A stretch of DNA of 64,000 nucleotides from an uncultured cyanobacterium (GCA_963793425.1 CAWCAG010000005.1:416001-480000), one strand, 5' to 3'; shown: positions 1-10,504, counted from the stretch's first letter. The notes: generated by a model not told the origin, from the letters alone. A program made the numbers and translations.

Positions 1-390
1 AATGTTCTCATATCCGATTACTCTAGCACTAGTCCATGTATTGTTGAGACAGTCAGCAGCACCTGACCCAGCAGAACAATATGGTGTCATTCGTCCACCA
101 ACATTAAGGTCTGTACCTGTTTCTACTCGAGCATTCACGGTATAGCTTCCAGACGTAACTCTGGTTAGGGAAACTTGACTACTAATTCCGTTCCACTGCG
201 CTGCTGCTGGGATAACATAGGCATTGGCATATGAACTTGTCATGTTGGAATATATCCAACGGTATGAGCTTACCGATGAAAAACCACCCGAAAAGTATTC
301 ACCAAGTGCAAATGCAGGTTTTCCAGTCCATAACCCTGACAGTGTCGCTACCAAGGCAAATCCCAGTTTTACACTTTTGTCACTATTCAT
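1..390 (-). CDS. Secreted protein, 5' part only (runs off the left edge); possibly a matrixin/M10-like metalloprotease
   Basis: Manual translation from ATG at 390 is open to position 1: MNSDKSVKLGFALVATLSGLWTGKPAFALGEYFSGG...AAAQWNGISSQVSL...YCSAGSGAADCLNNTWTSARVIGYENI. Sec-type signal ending AFA. The AAAQWN segment resembles small metzincins, but any HExxH would lie outside the window. Confidence 0.6.
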   Translation of the reverse strand, partial: MNSDKSVKLGFALVATLSGLWTGKPAFALGEYFSGGFSSVSSYRWIYSNMTSSYANAYVIPAAAQWNGISSQVSLTRVTSGSYTVNARVETGTDLNVGGRMTPYCSAGSGAADCLNNTWTSARVIGYENI

Positions 391-629
391 AATTTGTACT
401 CAAAATTATTTCTGTAGATGCGTCTATTTCTAATAGAAACTCTCTCATTGCATGAATAACTGAAGAATAGTAATTCTTAACTAAAGAACATACAAGTCAA
501 TACTTTTTGAGTAAAAAATTATAACAAAGTAGAAACAAAAACTGCCTCCCATTCCCTCTGCTGTTTCACTGAGGTTCACCGTTATTACTTTTAGCAATAC
601 TAGTAAGAACAATTTGACAAAAGAAATTT

Positions 630-2510
630 TCAATAATAAATTGCTGCCCCTTTAACCTGGTGAATCTTCTTTCTCAACTGAAAATTATGACCAGAAAAAA
701 TAATTACCTTAAAATCTTGAGAAAAGTTGAGTTCAGTTTTAATCTTGGCTGCAAATTGTTCATCATGTTGATAACTTTCTCCTCTGCCTCTAACAAATTG
801 CCGACTAATGCCTAAAATATAGAAGGGCTTGTTAGGAAAATCCTTTACTTGTTTACGAACTAAATAAGCTGTTTTAACTTCCGCCAATGTCCCTAATTGT
901 TCTGATAACTGTCTTATTTCGGCTTGCGGCAAGAGATGAGGCAGAAATTCATCTTTATCAGTGATTAATTGTCTTTTTTTAATAGCTTTTTGCCAAGACA
1001 ATCCTTCTTCGTTGCCTTGTTTGAGCAAGTTCTCAGCCGTTTCTACTTGACTTAATTGCTGATAATAACGAGAGAGGAGATGGTAACTTATTTGGGCAAG
1101 AGCTGGATCTAATTGAATAGCTTGTTTTAGATATTTAATGCCTTGGGAATCTTGATTTGCCAAATAAATTCTGCCTAATTGATAATTAGCAGAAGAGTGA
1201 GAGCGATCACGCTTCAGAATATCTTGATAAAGAGTGATAGCTTTTTCTTCATTTTGAAAAATTTCTGTTAAATAAGCCACCTTGTAACTCTCTTCTATTG
1301 TTAAACTTCTTACCGCCGCTTTTTCTAACAAATAAGTGAAATTCTCTTTTTGTTGTTGCCCTTTAAAATAAAGTTGTTGCCACTCTTTGGCTACTTCTTG
1401 ACACCACATCTGGTCTAAAGCGGTAGCAAATTCCTCTAAGCGATCACCAAACAAATAACTTGCACACCCTTGCTTATTTAATTGCGGCAAACTTTGCCAG
1501 TTAATCTGATAATCAAGGCGTTCAAGACGTTCTCTCAAACAAGGATGAGTATCTTCCTTATCTGTCTGTTTAACTAAAGCTAAGTTAATAGCTACAGTTG
1601 CATTTTCAGTTATTTCCTTCCCTGCAACTTCTTTTAATAGCTGAGATATAGTATCTTCGGGAGGACTAGCTTGCTTCGCCGCTTCTTGATAGATTTTAGT
1701 CCAAAAAAATTCTTGCAGAAAATAGTTTTTGATATTGAGATTAATTAGTGCCTCTGCTTTAAATTCACTTCCTACCCAATTCGCCGCACAACTATCAGCA
1801 TAATATTCATTTTCTCTAGCCAAGGCGAAACTATAGGATTGAAAAAAAGGACTATACCAATTAAAAAACCAGGTATAAGGAGAAAAAAATCTCTGGGACG
1901 ATTGCTGGTGCTTTTCAGCTAAAGTAGACCAAATTCTGCGGAGGCGATAAATCCAGCTAGAAAAGCGACTATGATTCCCTGATAAGTGAGCTAATTCATG
2001 GGCAACAACGGCCTCAAACTGCTCCAAAGAAAGTGCCTGCATTAAGGGCAAACCTAAGATTAAATAATTTTCTGATGCCCCAAAGAAGCCAAATCTTGGT
2101 CTTTGCAAAACCCCAGCATTCATGTTGCCATCTAAAATAATATGCTGAAACTCAGGGGCTTTTAAACTTGTCGTCAACTCGTCTATTAAATTAAATAAAT
2201 TAGGAACTTGCTCTCTGGTTATATCTATTCCTTTTGGTTTAGGTATGTTGATTATAAATAAGCGTAGTGTACTCAAAGAAACCAAAAAAGTTAGCCAATT
2301 TATTTGACTAGCCATACTAGGTGAACTAGTGGCAATAATTAATTCTCTCAAGCCACAAAGTAGAGATAAAATAAAACAGAAACTAAAAATAATGTAGCCG
2401 TAACCTAAAGCTGCTAACAAGCCAACCCGAAACTTATAGTTACCAGGTTGTTTAATAAATAATCTTTCAACTTTTTCTAGTGAAGTCGTAAACCTTTTTT
2501 CATTGCTCAT
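630..2510 (-). CDS. M48 (HtpX/Ste24-like) membrane zinc metalloprotease with C-terminal TPR region
   Basis: N-terminal TM helices, AHELAH zinc motif, ENEYYAD third ligand, THP motif, TPR-like helices (ANYQLGRIYL...YLKQAIQLDP). Confidence 0.85.
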   Translation of the reverse strand: MSNEKRFTTSLEKVERLFIKQPGNYKFRVGLLAALGYGYIIFSFCFILSLLCGLRELIIATSSPSMASQINWLTFLVSLSTLRLFIINIPKPKGIDITREQVPNLFNLIDELTTSLKAPEFQHIILDGNMNAGVLQRPRFGFFGASENYLILGLPLMQALSLEQFEAVVAHELAHLSGNHSRFSSWIYRLRRIWSTLAEKHQQSSQRFFSPYTWFFNWYSPFFQSYSFALARENEYYADSCAANWVGSEFKAEALINLNIKNYFLQEFFWTKIYQEAAKQASPPEDTISQLLKEVAGKEITENATVAINLALVKQTDKEDTHPCLRERLERLDYQINWQSLPQLNKQGCASYLFGDRLEEFATALDQMWCQEVAKEWQQLYFKGQQQKENFTYLLEKAAVRSLTIEESYKVAYLTEIFQNEEKAITLYQDILKRDRSHSSANYQLGRIYLANQDSQGIKYLKQAIQLDPALAQISYHLLSRYYQQLSQVETAENLLKQGNEEGLSWQKAIKKRQLITDKDEFLPHLLPQAEIRQLSEQLGTLAEVKTAYLVRKQVKDFPNKPFYILGISRQFVRGRGESYQHDEQFAAKIKTELNFSQDFKVIIFSGHNFQLRKKIHQVKGAAIYY

Positions 2511-2594
2511 TGTTAGTGTCAGCCTTACTCCCTGGCCACGTTAAATATTTATCAATATTTTCTAGTTAGTAAGCTGTTAGATATTATAATTTAG

Positions 2595-3014
2595 CTAAAA
2601 TAACTGACCACCTCGGAAACGCCAACGAGGGAAGACAATTCGCATCAAAGATTGGGAGGCTAGATAAACTCCTAGCCAAACTGCACTGTAATGACAAATA
2701 AACCAGAATAAATCAAATTTCTGGTTTGATACTCCTGGTAAGCCAATAGTTTTGATTAATCCTAATATAAATAAAGCTTCCCAAATTCCTGCTAAAAGTT
2801 GAAAAGCACCCGGCCAATCTCGGTCCCAACGAAACTTTTGGATATACATATAAAGTAGATCCCAAGCTATACCAAACAAAGCGACATATAACAGAATACA
2901 AAAGAAGAGACTATCCCCATTTTTAACAACATAGAAAAATAGGGTGATCAAACTACCAATAGTAGCTAGAAGAAAGATACGAGTTTGCCAACGACCAAAC
3001 AAAGTAGGAGTCAT
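2595..3014 (-). CDS. Conserved hypothetical membrane protein
   Basis: 139 aa, four hydrophobic segments, MTPTLFGRWQTR...RWDRDWP...PRWRFRGG pattern seen in cyanobacterial/actinobacterial hypotheticals. Confidence 0.7.
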   Translation of the reverse strand: MTPTLFGRWQTRIFLLATIGSLITLFFYVVKNGDSLFFCILLYVALFGIAWDLLYMYIQKFRWDRDWPGAFQLLAGIWEALFILGLIKTIGLPGVSNQKFDLFWFICHYSAVWLGVYLASQSLMRIVFPRWRFRGGQLF

Positions 3015-3051
3015 AGTTATATTAGGATTAATCTTTAACTAAGCTAAAAAG

Positions 3052-3942
3052 ATGAATAAATATATTGTTATCACAACCATAGCAGGAACTTTTTGCTTAA
3101 CTGCCCTTGCCCCTCAAAAGAGTTTTGCTGGTACTCTTTACCAAGGCTGGAACTATGCCCTAGATTCCTTTAATGATGGCGTTAGCGGTGATATTATCGG
3201 GCCTCAAGGGGCTTTTGAATTTTATAGTCTTGCTATTAAAGAAGAAGACAATAACCTTTTTATTGCTCTCAATGCCAATTTACCCTTAACAGGAGATCCT
3301 AACCCTAATGTTACCAACGGTAGTATTGCTTGGGGGGATTTATTTTTTAATTTCTCTGGTCAAAATTTCTTGAGTGCTAGTGACAATAACCAGCTATTTG
3401 CTGTGCGTTTTTCTGCGGCTAATGACTCTACTGTTCCAGAATTAGGAGTTTATCAAAACGTTACAGCTAAAAGTGTTACCACTGAAAACTCTGGCTTTAT
3501 CAGCTTAGAACAGTATAACAACACCGTAACTAATGGCGGTGGCGTAGCAACAATGGCAGATTTGGCAATTAATAACCCTTATTGGGAATATACAGGCTCT
3601 AATAATATTCTCAATTCTATTGCCACAGGAGAAAAGATTGGCGAAATAAATTTCCTCGATAGTGCAACTCAAACATTGTTAGGACTAGATTTTGCTCATT
3701 TTAATGCTGCTGGTTCCCATACCATCGCTTTTAGCGCCTCTAAAGACTTGTTTCCTTCAGGTGACTTTATTGCCCATGTATTGGCTGAATGCGCCAACGA
3801 TGGTATGGCTTTGCAGGGGCAGCTAGCAACCCAACCGCTACCGGAGGAAGAGAGTAAGGATGTACCGGAATCATCTACCCCCATAAGCCTTCTTGGTTTA
3901 GGGCTAGTAATATTAAACAGGGGACTGAGGAAAGAACCATAA
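3052..3942 (+). CDS. PEP-CTERM exosortase-dependent surface protein (XDD3-like)
   Basis: Signal peptide; GWNYALDSFNDG, IAWGDLFFNF and ECANDG motifs; C-terminal VPESS + hydrophobic helix + basic tail (RGLRK). Confidence 0.85.
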   Translation: MNKYIVITTIAGTFCLTALAPQKSFAGTLYQGWNYALDSFNDGVSGDIIGPQGAFEFYSLAIKEEDNNLFIALNANLPLTGDPNPNVTNGSIAWGDLFFNFSGQNFLSASDNNQLFAVRFSAANDSTVPELGVYQNVTAKSVTTENSGFISLEQYNNTVTNGGGVATMADLAINNPYWEYTGSNNILNSIATGEKIGEINFLDSATQTLLGLDFAHFNAAGSHTIAFSASKDLFPSGDFIAHVLAECANDGMALQGQLATQPLPEEESKDVPESSTPISLLGLGLVILNRGLRKEP

Positions 3943-4005
3943 AATCTTGGTAACAAACTAAACCCTAGGTTAAGTTGGAGGGTAAGTTTAAAAAAATAAT
4001 CAATT

Positions 4006-4704
4006 ATGTTAAGAATAATCACTGATTTCGATGGTCCAATTATGGATGTATCGGAGCGTTATTATCAGGTTTACCAGTTATGTTTAGAAAAAGCTAAGGA
4101 TTCTCAACAGCCAATTAAAGTTCTATCTAAGCAAGAATTTTGGCGACTGAAGCGATCGCGAGTCCCGGAAAGAGAAATTGGCAAAATATCTGGTTTATAT
4201 AGTGAACAGGCGAAAATATTTGCTCGTTTGCGCCGGGAGACTGTTCATAGCTTACCTTATCTCGTTTACGACCAACCAGTTCCGGGGGCGATCGCTACCT
4301 TAGAAAAAATCCAAAAAACCCAAGCCGATCTCCTCGTGATGACAATGCGTCGTGACGGAGAACTAGAAGATGCTTTTAACCGCTATAACTTAAGAAGATT
4401 TTTTCCTGCTGAACGTTGTTACTGCTTACCGCAAGACTACGTGAAAGAGACAGATATCAAAGACAAAACAAAACTAATGGCCAAAGCCTTAGCAGAACTT
4501 CCTGAAGCCTCGGCCAGTTGGATGATTGGGGATACAGAAGCTGATATGATTGCTGCGAAAACTCATCAAATCAAATCCATAGCTGTTTTATCAGGAATCC
4601 GCGATCGCCCTCAACTAGAAAAATATCAACCTAACTTTATTGTTAACAACCTCAGCGAAGCAGTGGAACTAGTTTGGCAAGAATCCTTACAAACCGTTAG
4701 TTAA
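4006..4704 (+). CDS. HAD-superfamily hydrolase
   Basis: DFDGPI motif I and MIGDTEAD motif IV. Confidence 0.9.
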   Translation: MLRIITDFDGPIMDVSERYYQVYQLCLEKAKDSQQPIKVLSKQEFWRLKRSRVPEREIGKISGLYSEQAKIFARLRRETVHSLPYLVYDQPVPGAIATLEKIQKTQADLLVMTMRRDGELEDAFNRYNLRRFFPAERCYCLPQDYVKETDIKDKTKLMAKALAELPEASASWMIGDTEADMIAAKTHQIKSIAVLSGIRDRPQLEKYQPNFIVNNLSEAVELVWQESLQTVS

Positions 4705-5336
4705 CGTAGAAAAGAACTAATTAGCCAGAAAATAACAAAAGTTACTACGGCACTAAAATCTAGTTGAGTGAAACTTTGACCAGTCCAATTCAAGATACCA
4801 TTTTGTAAATCTAGACCACTAGCCAAAGAACTGCCTAAGCCTACTCCTAAAATCAAGCCAATTAAAGTTAACAGCATTGAGCGTCCTAAACGATGCTCTT
4901 TACGATTAAGGAAGTAAACATTAGCCCCTAAGCCGAAAGCTATAAATAGGGGTAAAACGGAAACTTCTTGGGAAATAACTGTCAAAACAATTAATAGCGA
5001 AAATACGCCCCCAGACCAGAGAATATCTTCTCGCGAAGGGGTATCAAGCAATTGTTGTACCCAGGAAGGAGAACTATTAGCAGGAGCATTACTTAAGCTC
5101 GGTGGTGCTTCAACATTACGTTCCGGGAAGCGGATACCTTCTGGCACCTTAATCTTTCCTTCCTGGCGCATTTTCAGCCGATCCATAATAATTGCATCAT
5201 AAGCACTTTCAATACTTCCCAAAATTTTCCTGTCACCTTTATGCTGCTTGCTTAAGCGCGTTTTGGCTTCCTGGATTTCTTCAAAGGAAGCGTCTTCGGT
5301 GACTCCAAGCTGTTCATAGACATTTTGTTCACTCAT
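4701..5336 (-). CDS. CPP1-like (chaperone-like protein of POR1) J-like membrane protein
   Basis: YEQLGVTEDASFEEIQ...IESAYDAIIMDRLKMRQEGKIKVPEGIRFPE followed by TM helices. Start moved to ATG 5336, behind an AAAGGAGG RBS. Confidence 0.85.
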   Translation of the reverse strand: MSEQNVYEQLGVTEDASFEEIQEAKTRLSKQHKGDRKILGSIESAYDAIIMDRLKMRQEGKIKVPEGIRFPERNVEAPPSLSNAPANSSPSWVQQLLDTPSREDILWSGGVFSLLIVLTVISQEVSVLPLFIAFGLGANVYFLNRKEHRLGRSMLLTLIGLILGVGLGSSLASGLDLQNGILNWTGQSFTQLDFSAVVTFVIFWLISSFLR

Positions 5337-5857
5337 GTAAAACCTCCTTTGATATCTCCTTTCCTTATAGCTTTCTCGTGCAAAGTTTAAACTAGTTATA
5401 GTCCATAGCACCAGAGAATTAGGATGCTTTCCCAGTTTAAGAGATAATTCTTAAAGATAAGCAAATCTTTATTTTCCCTTGAGCTAGTTTATCCTGAACT
5501 ACGAGGTACTGGCAGCATTTCTTAAACAATACTTTTATCTAGGACTTCTAGAGAAACCTAGCCCTTATTCTAGTTGATTAGGAAGTAAGCAGTTAGATTG
5601 GAGGTGTTTATTTTCTTCAGTAAAAAGGCAAACTTGATGAGTAACTCTCGCCATGCAACTAAAGCACTGTCCTATTGCACCTCAGCTTAGAATATGTTTT
5701 AGAGCAATATCAATGCTGAGGATAGGAGTTAAACAGTTTATTCTGATTTAATTAAGGTCTGCTTAGATAGTCATCTAAAATGCTCTTAAAATAGTGCCTC
5801 CCTATTCTCTCAAATCTCAGGCTACAGTCCCTAAGCCAATTTGTACGACATTATGTT

Positions 5858-6550
5858 ATGAGTCCTGATAAGATTCTTGTAGTAGACGACGATCCCGCAA
5901 TTAGAAACCTGATTTTCCGTTTTCTTGGCCACAAAGACTACCAAATGGAGTCTGCTGGGGATGGGAAATCAGCCCTAGATAAGTTTGACAAGTTTAATCC
6001 TGATCTAGTTGTCTTGGATGTTAATTTGCCCGATGCTAATGGTTACAATCTCTGTGAACAGATGCAGAGACACACAGATGTATTTGTCCTCTTTTTAACT
6101 AGTCGCGATGAGCCTTCAGCTAAAAGAGAAGGTTTCAGCAAAGGAGGAGATGATTATTTAACCAAACCTTTTGATTTACAGGAGTTAGAAGACAGAGTTA
6201 GAGCAATATTAAAGCGCAAGCGCCTAGTAACGCCGACGGAAAAACCTAGTCTTGTTTTTGGTGATTTGGTTATTAACCCAGAACGAAGGGAAATAAAAGT
6301 TAATCAAGAATTTATTACCCTGACGGCTTTGGAATTTGATTTATTACTATTCTTGGCTAGTCATCCTGGTCGTGTTTGGCGGCGGCGCGAACTTATTGAA
6401 CAGGTCTGGGATTATGATCATGTAGGAGATGAGAGAGTGGTAGATGTACACATTGGGAGCATCCGCAAAAAAATTGAAACTCACTCTGATAAGAAATCTT
6501 TGATTCAAACTATCAGAGGTGTAGGCTACAGATTTGAAACCTCTGTATAG
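5858..6550 (+). CDS. OmpR-family response regulator
   Basis: REC domain (VVDDD, LDVNLP, KPF) plus winged helix (VDVHIGSIRKK, TIRGVGY). Confidence 0.92.
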   Translation: MSPDKILVVDDDPAIRNLIFRFLGHKDYQMESAGDGKSALDKFDKFNPDLVVLDVNLPDANGYNLCEQMQRHTDVFVLFLTSRDEPSAKREGFSKGGDDYLTKPFDLQELEDRVRAILKRKRLVTPTEKPSLVFGDLVINPERREIKVNQEFITLTALEFDLLLFLASHPGRVWRRRELIEQVWDYDHVGDERVVDVHIGSIRKKIETHSDKKSLIQTIRGVGYRFETSV

Positions 6551-6593
6551 TCTCAATTGAACCCCAAAAGAGAACTCCTTGGGTGTGTATCTA

Positions 6594-6869
6594 CTAACTC
6601 GATGATTTAGTCTCTGTCTCCTCAGTTTTCTGAGTAGCTATAGTCTGGGATTTTTCTGGCTCTAATTGAGCATTCATCTTCACCGCCTCTTCTATTTGTT
6701 CAGCTTCTTTTTTAAATTCGTCTTGAAACTCTCTAGAAGCTTCTTGAAAACCTTTGAGAGCCTTGCCTAAACTGCGGCCAATTTCTGGTAACTTTTTAGG
6801 CCCAAAAATCAATAGTGCTACGACTAAAATTAAAGCCATTTCCGGCAAACCCATACCAAATATGTTCAT
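6594..6869 (-). CDS. tatA: Twin-arginine translocase TatA/TatB subunit
   Basis: MNIFGMGLPEMALILVVALLIFGPKKLPEIGRSLGK; start moved to ATG 6869; usual position after psbH. Confidence 0.92.
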   Translation of the reverse strand: MNIFGMGLPEMALILVVALLIFGPKKLPEIGRSLGKALKGFQEASREFQDEFKKEAEQIEEAVKMNAQLEPEKSQTIATQKTEETETKSSS

Positions 6870-6921
6870 AATAGTTCTTTTGCTAGTAGTTATAGATTGT
6901 TGATTATTGATTATAAAGTAC

Positions 6922-6944
6922 AAAAAAACCCGGACAAGCCGGGG
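6922..6944 (-). terminator. Intrinsic terminator after psbH
   Basis: CCCGG-ACAAG-CCGGG hairpin followed by T7 on the minus strand. Confidence 0.7.
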
Positions 6945-6986
6945 AATTTAGTTTTTCTTTCTCTTGAGTAGAGAAATAACCCAAAA

Positions 6987-7181
6987 TTATTGAGTCCAGT
7001 TAACGTCAAATCCATTGAGGATTAAGGAAGAATTGTAAATCTGTAAAATGATTAACAAGAAAACGAAAAATAAGAGCATGAAAACTGCCATTAATGGTGT
7101 CGTTCCCCAACCGGGTACGACTTTACCATACTCAGAGTTTAAAGGTTTGAGAACATCTCCCAAACGAGTGCGTTGTACCAT
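6987..7181 (-). CDS. psbH: Photosystem II protein PsbH
   Basis: [32 protein letters not shown]...LQIYNSS. Confidence 0.97.
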   Translation of the reverse strand: MVQRTRLGDVLKPLNSEYGKVVPGWGTTPLMAVFMLLFFVFLLIILQIYNSSLILNGFDVNWTQ

Positions 7182-7210
7182 AATTCACCAATTATGAATC
7201 TAATCTATTT

Positions 7211-7228
7211 TTTGTAATGTTCTGTAAT
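7211..7228 (-). promoter_or_regulatory. Possible HLR1-like (RpaB) direct repeat between psbH and psbN
   Basis: Minus strand ATTACAGA-AC-ATTACAAA, an imperfect match to (G/T)TTACA(T/A)(T/A)-N2 repeated. Confidence 0.35.
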
Positions 7229-7278
7229 ATTATAGAGGGAAGAGGAATAATAATTTATTAAGAAATTTGTTTACGAAT

Positions 7279-7410
7279 ATGGAACAAGCAACAGTTCTTA
7301 GCATAAGCATAGCCGTAGTATTTGTAGCTATCACAGCTTTTGCCATCTACACAGCTTTTGGCCCTCCTTCTGGAGAACTGAGCGATCCTTTTGAAGATCA
7401 TGAAGATTAA
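7279..7410 (+). CDS. psbN: PsbN (not in the ORF track)
   Basis: Manual translation MEQATVLSISIAVVFVAITAFAIYTAFGPPSGELSDPFEDHED*, divergent from psbH as usual. Confidence 0.96.
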   Translation: MEQATVLSISIAVVFVAITAFAIYTAFGPPSGELSDPFEDHED

Positions 7411-7498
7411 CAATAATTCAAACTCTTCTCAGATTGCTTAGGGTTAGCCTAGCATAAGTGGAATTTGCGGTGATATTTTAGTTTGAAAGCGTGAAAAC

Positions 7499-9112
7499 TT
7501 ACTCAATTTTTGTTTGCAGCAGATTAAGAATCGCCTCGTAACGGAAATTATCAACCAAATTCACTAATTGATCTTTCAAAACCACTTGTTCTGTAGGAAT
7601 CTGCTCTAAAACTTCAAAAATCAACTTATCATTGAGTTTAGCCACAGCTTCGTACAGTTGAGTAGCCCATTCTTTTGACATTATATCCAAGCTTTCTGGA
7701 GTTAACTTATGAACAGAAACCTGAGATATTGGCTCTTGAGACGTTAGTTGCGCTTCTGGAAACTGTTGATTGAAATTTGGAGTTTGATTTGACTTTTCTA
7801 CTGAAATATCAAACTGAAAAATAGTCCCTTTAGCCAGTTGAGAACGAACAGAAATATCCCCTCCCATCATTTGCACAAATTTGCGGCTAATAGTTAATCC
7901 TAACCCTGTTCCTTGGTGAGAGTTACGTCCTATTTCTGTTTGGACAAAAGCTTGGAATAAATTATTGATCTCTTCTGGGGCAATACCTGCCCCAGTATCT
8001 TCAATAGTGAAAGTAAGAGTGGTTATTTCAGTTTGTTGCTTCCGAATAAGGCTTTGTTCCCCTGCTAATTCTGCTACCTGTAACCTAACGTATCCTTCCT
8101 CAGTAAATTTGATACCATTGTCTAAAAGATTAATGAGAATCTGACGCAACTTACTTTCATCTGTTCTGACATATTGAGGGAGGTTGGGAGAGTAATCAAA
8201 AATAAGCTGCAAATCTTTATTTTCTGCTTGTAGTTTTAGCATCTCCTGAAGGAAGTTAAGGAGACGATGTAAGTCAAAATCTTTAATATTTAGGACTGTT
8301 CTATCTGCTTCGATTTTTGATATTTCTAAGACATTATTAATTAAGCCAAGCAAGTGTTGTCCGCTTTGGTTAATAATGCTGAGAGTTTCTTTATCTTGAG
8401 GAGTTGTAGAGGAAGTTTTGTAAAGTAACTGACTAAAGCCAATAATAGAATTGAGGGGGGTACGAAACTCATGACTCATTTTAGCCAGGAAAGCACTTTT
8501 CGCTCTGTTGGCAGCTTCTGCCTCATATTTAGCTTTGACAAGTGCCACATTTTTGCTGGCTAATTCTCGACGATTGTTTTCTATAGTGACTAAATGTCGA
8601 TAACTTCTTAAAGCAGAGATAGTTGTGGTTAAGAGCTTTTTTTTTGTTAAGTCTACTTTTAGTTTATAGTCGTTAATATCGTAATCGAGAATAACTGATT
8701 CTTCTGGGGCTTCTCCTGGTTGTCCGGTACGTAAAATAATGCGGATTAACTCATTTTTTAATTGTTGCCGTATATATTTAACTACTTCTAAACCAGAATT
8801 ATCTGTTTCCATAACCACATCTAACAACATAAATGCGGTGTCTGGATTAGCAAATATTAGTTTTTTAGCTACTTGCCCTGAATAAGCAGATAAGAAGGTT
8901 AGGGGTTTGTTTTCAAAAGTAAATCTTTTTAAAGCCAATTTAGTAGCTTGATGAACTTCAGGATCATCATCTACAATTATTACCTTCCAAACGTCAGTTT
9001 CTATATTCGTTTGGCTATTGATTTGTTGTGAGTTAACATTGATTTCTTCTTCGTTGTCAAAAACTAAGACATCGTCCTCTTCTGGTATAGAACTTAGGTT
9101 TTCATTGCCCAT
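7499..9112 (-). CDS. Receiver-histidine kinase hybrid
   Basis: N-terminal REC (IVDDDPEVH, LLDVVME), H-box MSHEFRTPLN, HATPase (NGIKFT, DTGAGI, GTGLGL). Confidence 0.9.
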   Translation of the reverse strand: MGNENLSSIPEEDDVLVFDNEEEINVNSQQINSQTNIETDVWKVIIVDDDPEVHQATKLALKRFTFENKPLTFLSAYSGQVAKKLIFANPDTAFMLLDVVMETDNSGLEVVKYIRQQLKNELIRIILRTGQPGEAPEESVILDYDINDYKLKVDLTKKKLLTTTISALRSYRHLVTIENNRRELASKNVALVKAKYEAEAANRAKSAFLAKMSHEFRTPLNSIIGFSQLLYKTSSTTPQDKETLSIINQSGQHLLGLINNVLEISKIEADRTVLNIKDFDLHRLLNFLQEMLKLQAENKDLQLIFDYSPNLPQYVRTDESKLRQILINLLDNGIKFTEEGYVRLQVAELAGEQSLIRKQQTEITTLTFTIEDTGAGIAPEEINNLFQAFVQTEIGRNSHQGTGLGLTISRKFVQMMGGDISVRSQLAKGTIFQFDISVEKSNQTPNFNQQFPEAQLTSQEPISQVSVHKLTPESLDIMSKEWATQLYEAVAKLNDKLIFEVLEQIPTEQVVLKDQLVNLVDNFRYEAILNLLQTKIE

Positions 9113-9161
9113 GGTTATATATATACAGCGAGTATCTAATTATGGTTAAGCTGTTAGAAAT

Positions 9162-10445
9162 TTAGGAAGTTTGATTTAATAAACAAGGCAGACTGATCTT
9201 AAATATTGTTCCCGAACCCTCTTGACTTTGAACTTGGATCGTTCCTTGAAGCTTTTGCGTAACTAAGTTGTAAACGAGATGTAAGCCCAAGCCGCTACCC
9301 CCCCTATTTCTAGCTGTAGTAAAAAAAGGCTCAAAAATTTTAGTCAAATTTTCTTGGTTAATGCCTTGACCATCGTCTTTATATTCAATTTCAACTCTAT
9401 CTTTTTGTTGCTCAACTGCAAAGTATAATGAACCAGACTTACCTTGCTGATAGCCATGAATGAGAGAATTAATCACTAAGTTAGTGACAATTTGCGAAAA
9501 AGCCCCAGGATAACTTTCTACCTCAATTGTGTCATCTCCCTCTAAAGTTAAGGTATGGGCGGTTTTTTTTAATTGCGGTTTAAGGCTGATAATAACTTCA
9601 TGTAAATAAGGTTTAACAGCAAAACGGCGCACTTCTAAGTTAGTTTGATCTACTGCAACTTGTTTGAAGCTTTGTACTAATTCTCCTGCACGCTGTAAAT
9701 TACCAAGAATTAGCTGGCTACTTTCTTGTGCCAAGTCTAAATATTCTTCTAAAACAGAACGCTTTAAATTACCTTGATTAAAAGCAGTATTTAAAGCTTT
9801 TGTTTCATCCGCTAAAGTGGAAGCTGCCGTAATTCCTGTACCAACAGGAGTATTAATTTCATGGGCAACTCCAGCCACCAAATCACCCAAAGCTGCCATT
9901 TTTTCTACTTCAATTAGTTGTTTTTGAGTTGCTTTCAGTTGTTGTAAGGTATCTTGCAGTCCTTGCTCTGCCAATTTCCTTTGTTCGATTTCCTCTTCCA
10001 GAAGAAGATTTTTGTTTTCTAAGGCATTAGTTAAACTTTGTAAGTGGAGGTGAACTTTGATACGGGCTAAGACTTCTTCTGAGCGAATTGGTTTGGTAAT
10101 ATAATCTACTGCTCCTAAAGATAAGCCTTTGACTTTGTTGATTGTGTCATTAAGAGCAGTCATGAAAATCACAGGAATAGCTGCAGTTGAGCTATCTTGC
10201 TTGAGGAGACGACAGGTTTCAAATCCGTCGATTCCTGGCATCATTACATCTAATAAAATCAAGTCTGGTGGTCTATATTTAGCTAGTTCAAGAGTACTTT
10301 CACCATCAGTAGCAACGGCTACTTTAAAACCATCGTTGTTTAAAGTAGTAGAGATAACTTCTAAGTTAGTAGAATTATCGTCAACCACTAAGATAATGTA
10401 GTTATGATTACTAAAATCACTAGGATTTTCTGAGAACAAACCCAT
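9162..10445 (-). CDS. Receiver-histidine kinase hybrid
   Basis: REC (VVDDN, LDVMMP, KPI), H-box VAHEINTPVG, HATPase (DDGQGI, GSGLGL). Confidence 0.9.
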   Translation of the reverse strand: MGLFSENPSDFSNHNYIILVVDDNSTNLEVISTTLNNDGFKVAVATDGESTLELAKYRPPDLILLDVMMPGIDGFETCRLLKQDSSTAAIPVIFMTALNDTINKVKGLSLGAVDYITKPIRSEEVLARIKVHLHLQSLTNALENKNLLLEEEIEQRKLAEQGLQDTLQQLKATQKQLIEVEKMAALGDLVAGVAHEINTPVGTGITAASTLADETKALNTAFNQGNLKRSVLEEYLDLAQESSQLILGNLQRAGELVQSFKQVAVDQTNLEVRRFAVKPYLHEVIISLKPQLKKTAHTLTLEGDDTIEVESYPGAFSQIVTNLVINSLIHGYQQGKSGSLYFAVEQQKDRVEIEYKDDGQGINQENLTKIFEPFFTTARNRGGSGLGLHLVYNLVTQKLQGTIQVQSQEGSGTIFKISLPCLLNQTS

Positions 10446-10504
10446 GAACTTGCTGTTAAATATAAATACTTTTTATTTTACCCTTGATCCTTTGATTTAC
10501 TGGT

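Noticed and set aside
224..433. 69-aa plus-strand ORF
   Set aside because: Antisense shadow of the better minus-strand ORF at 1-390, which has a signal peptide.
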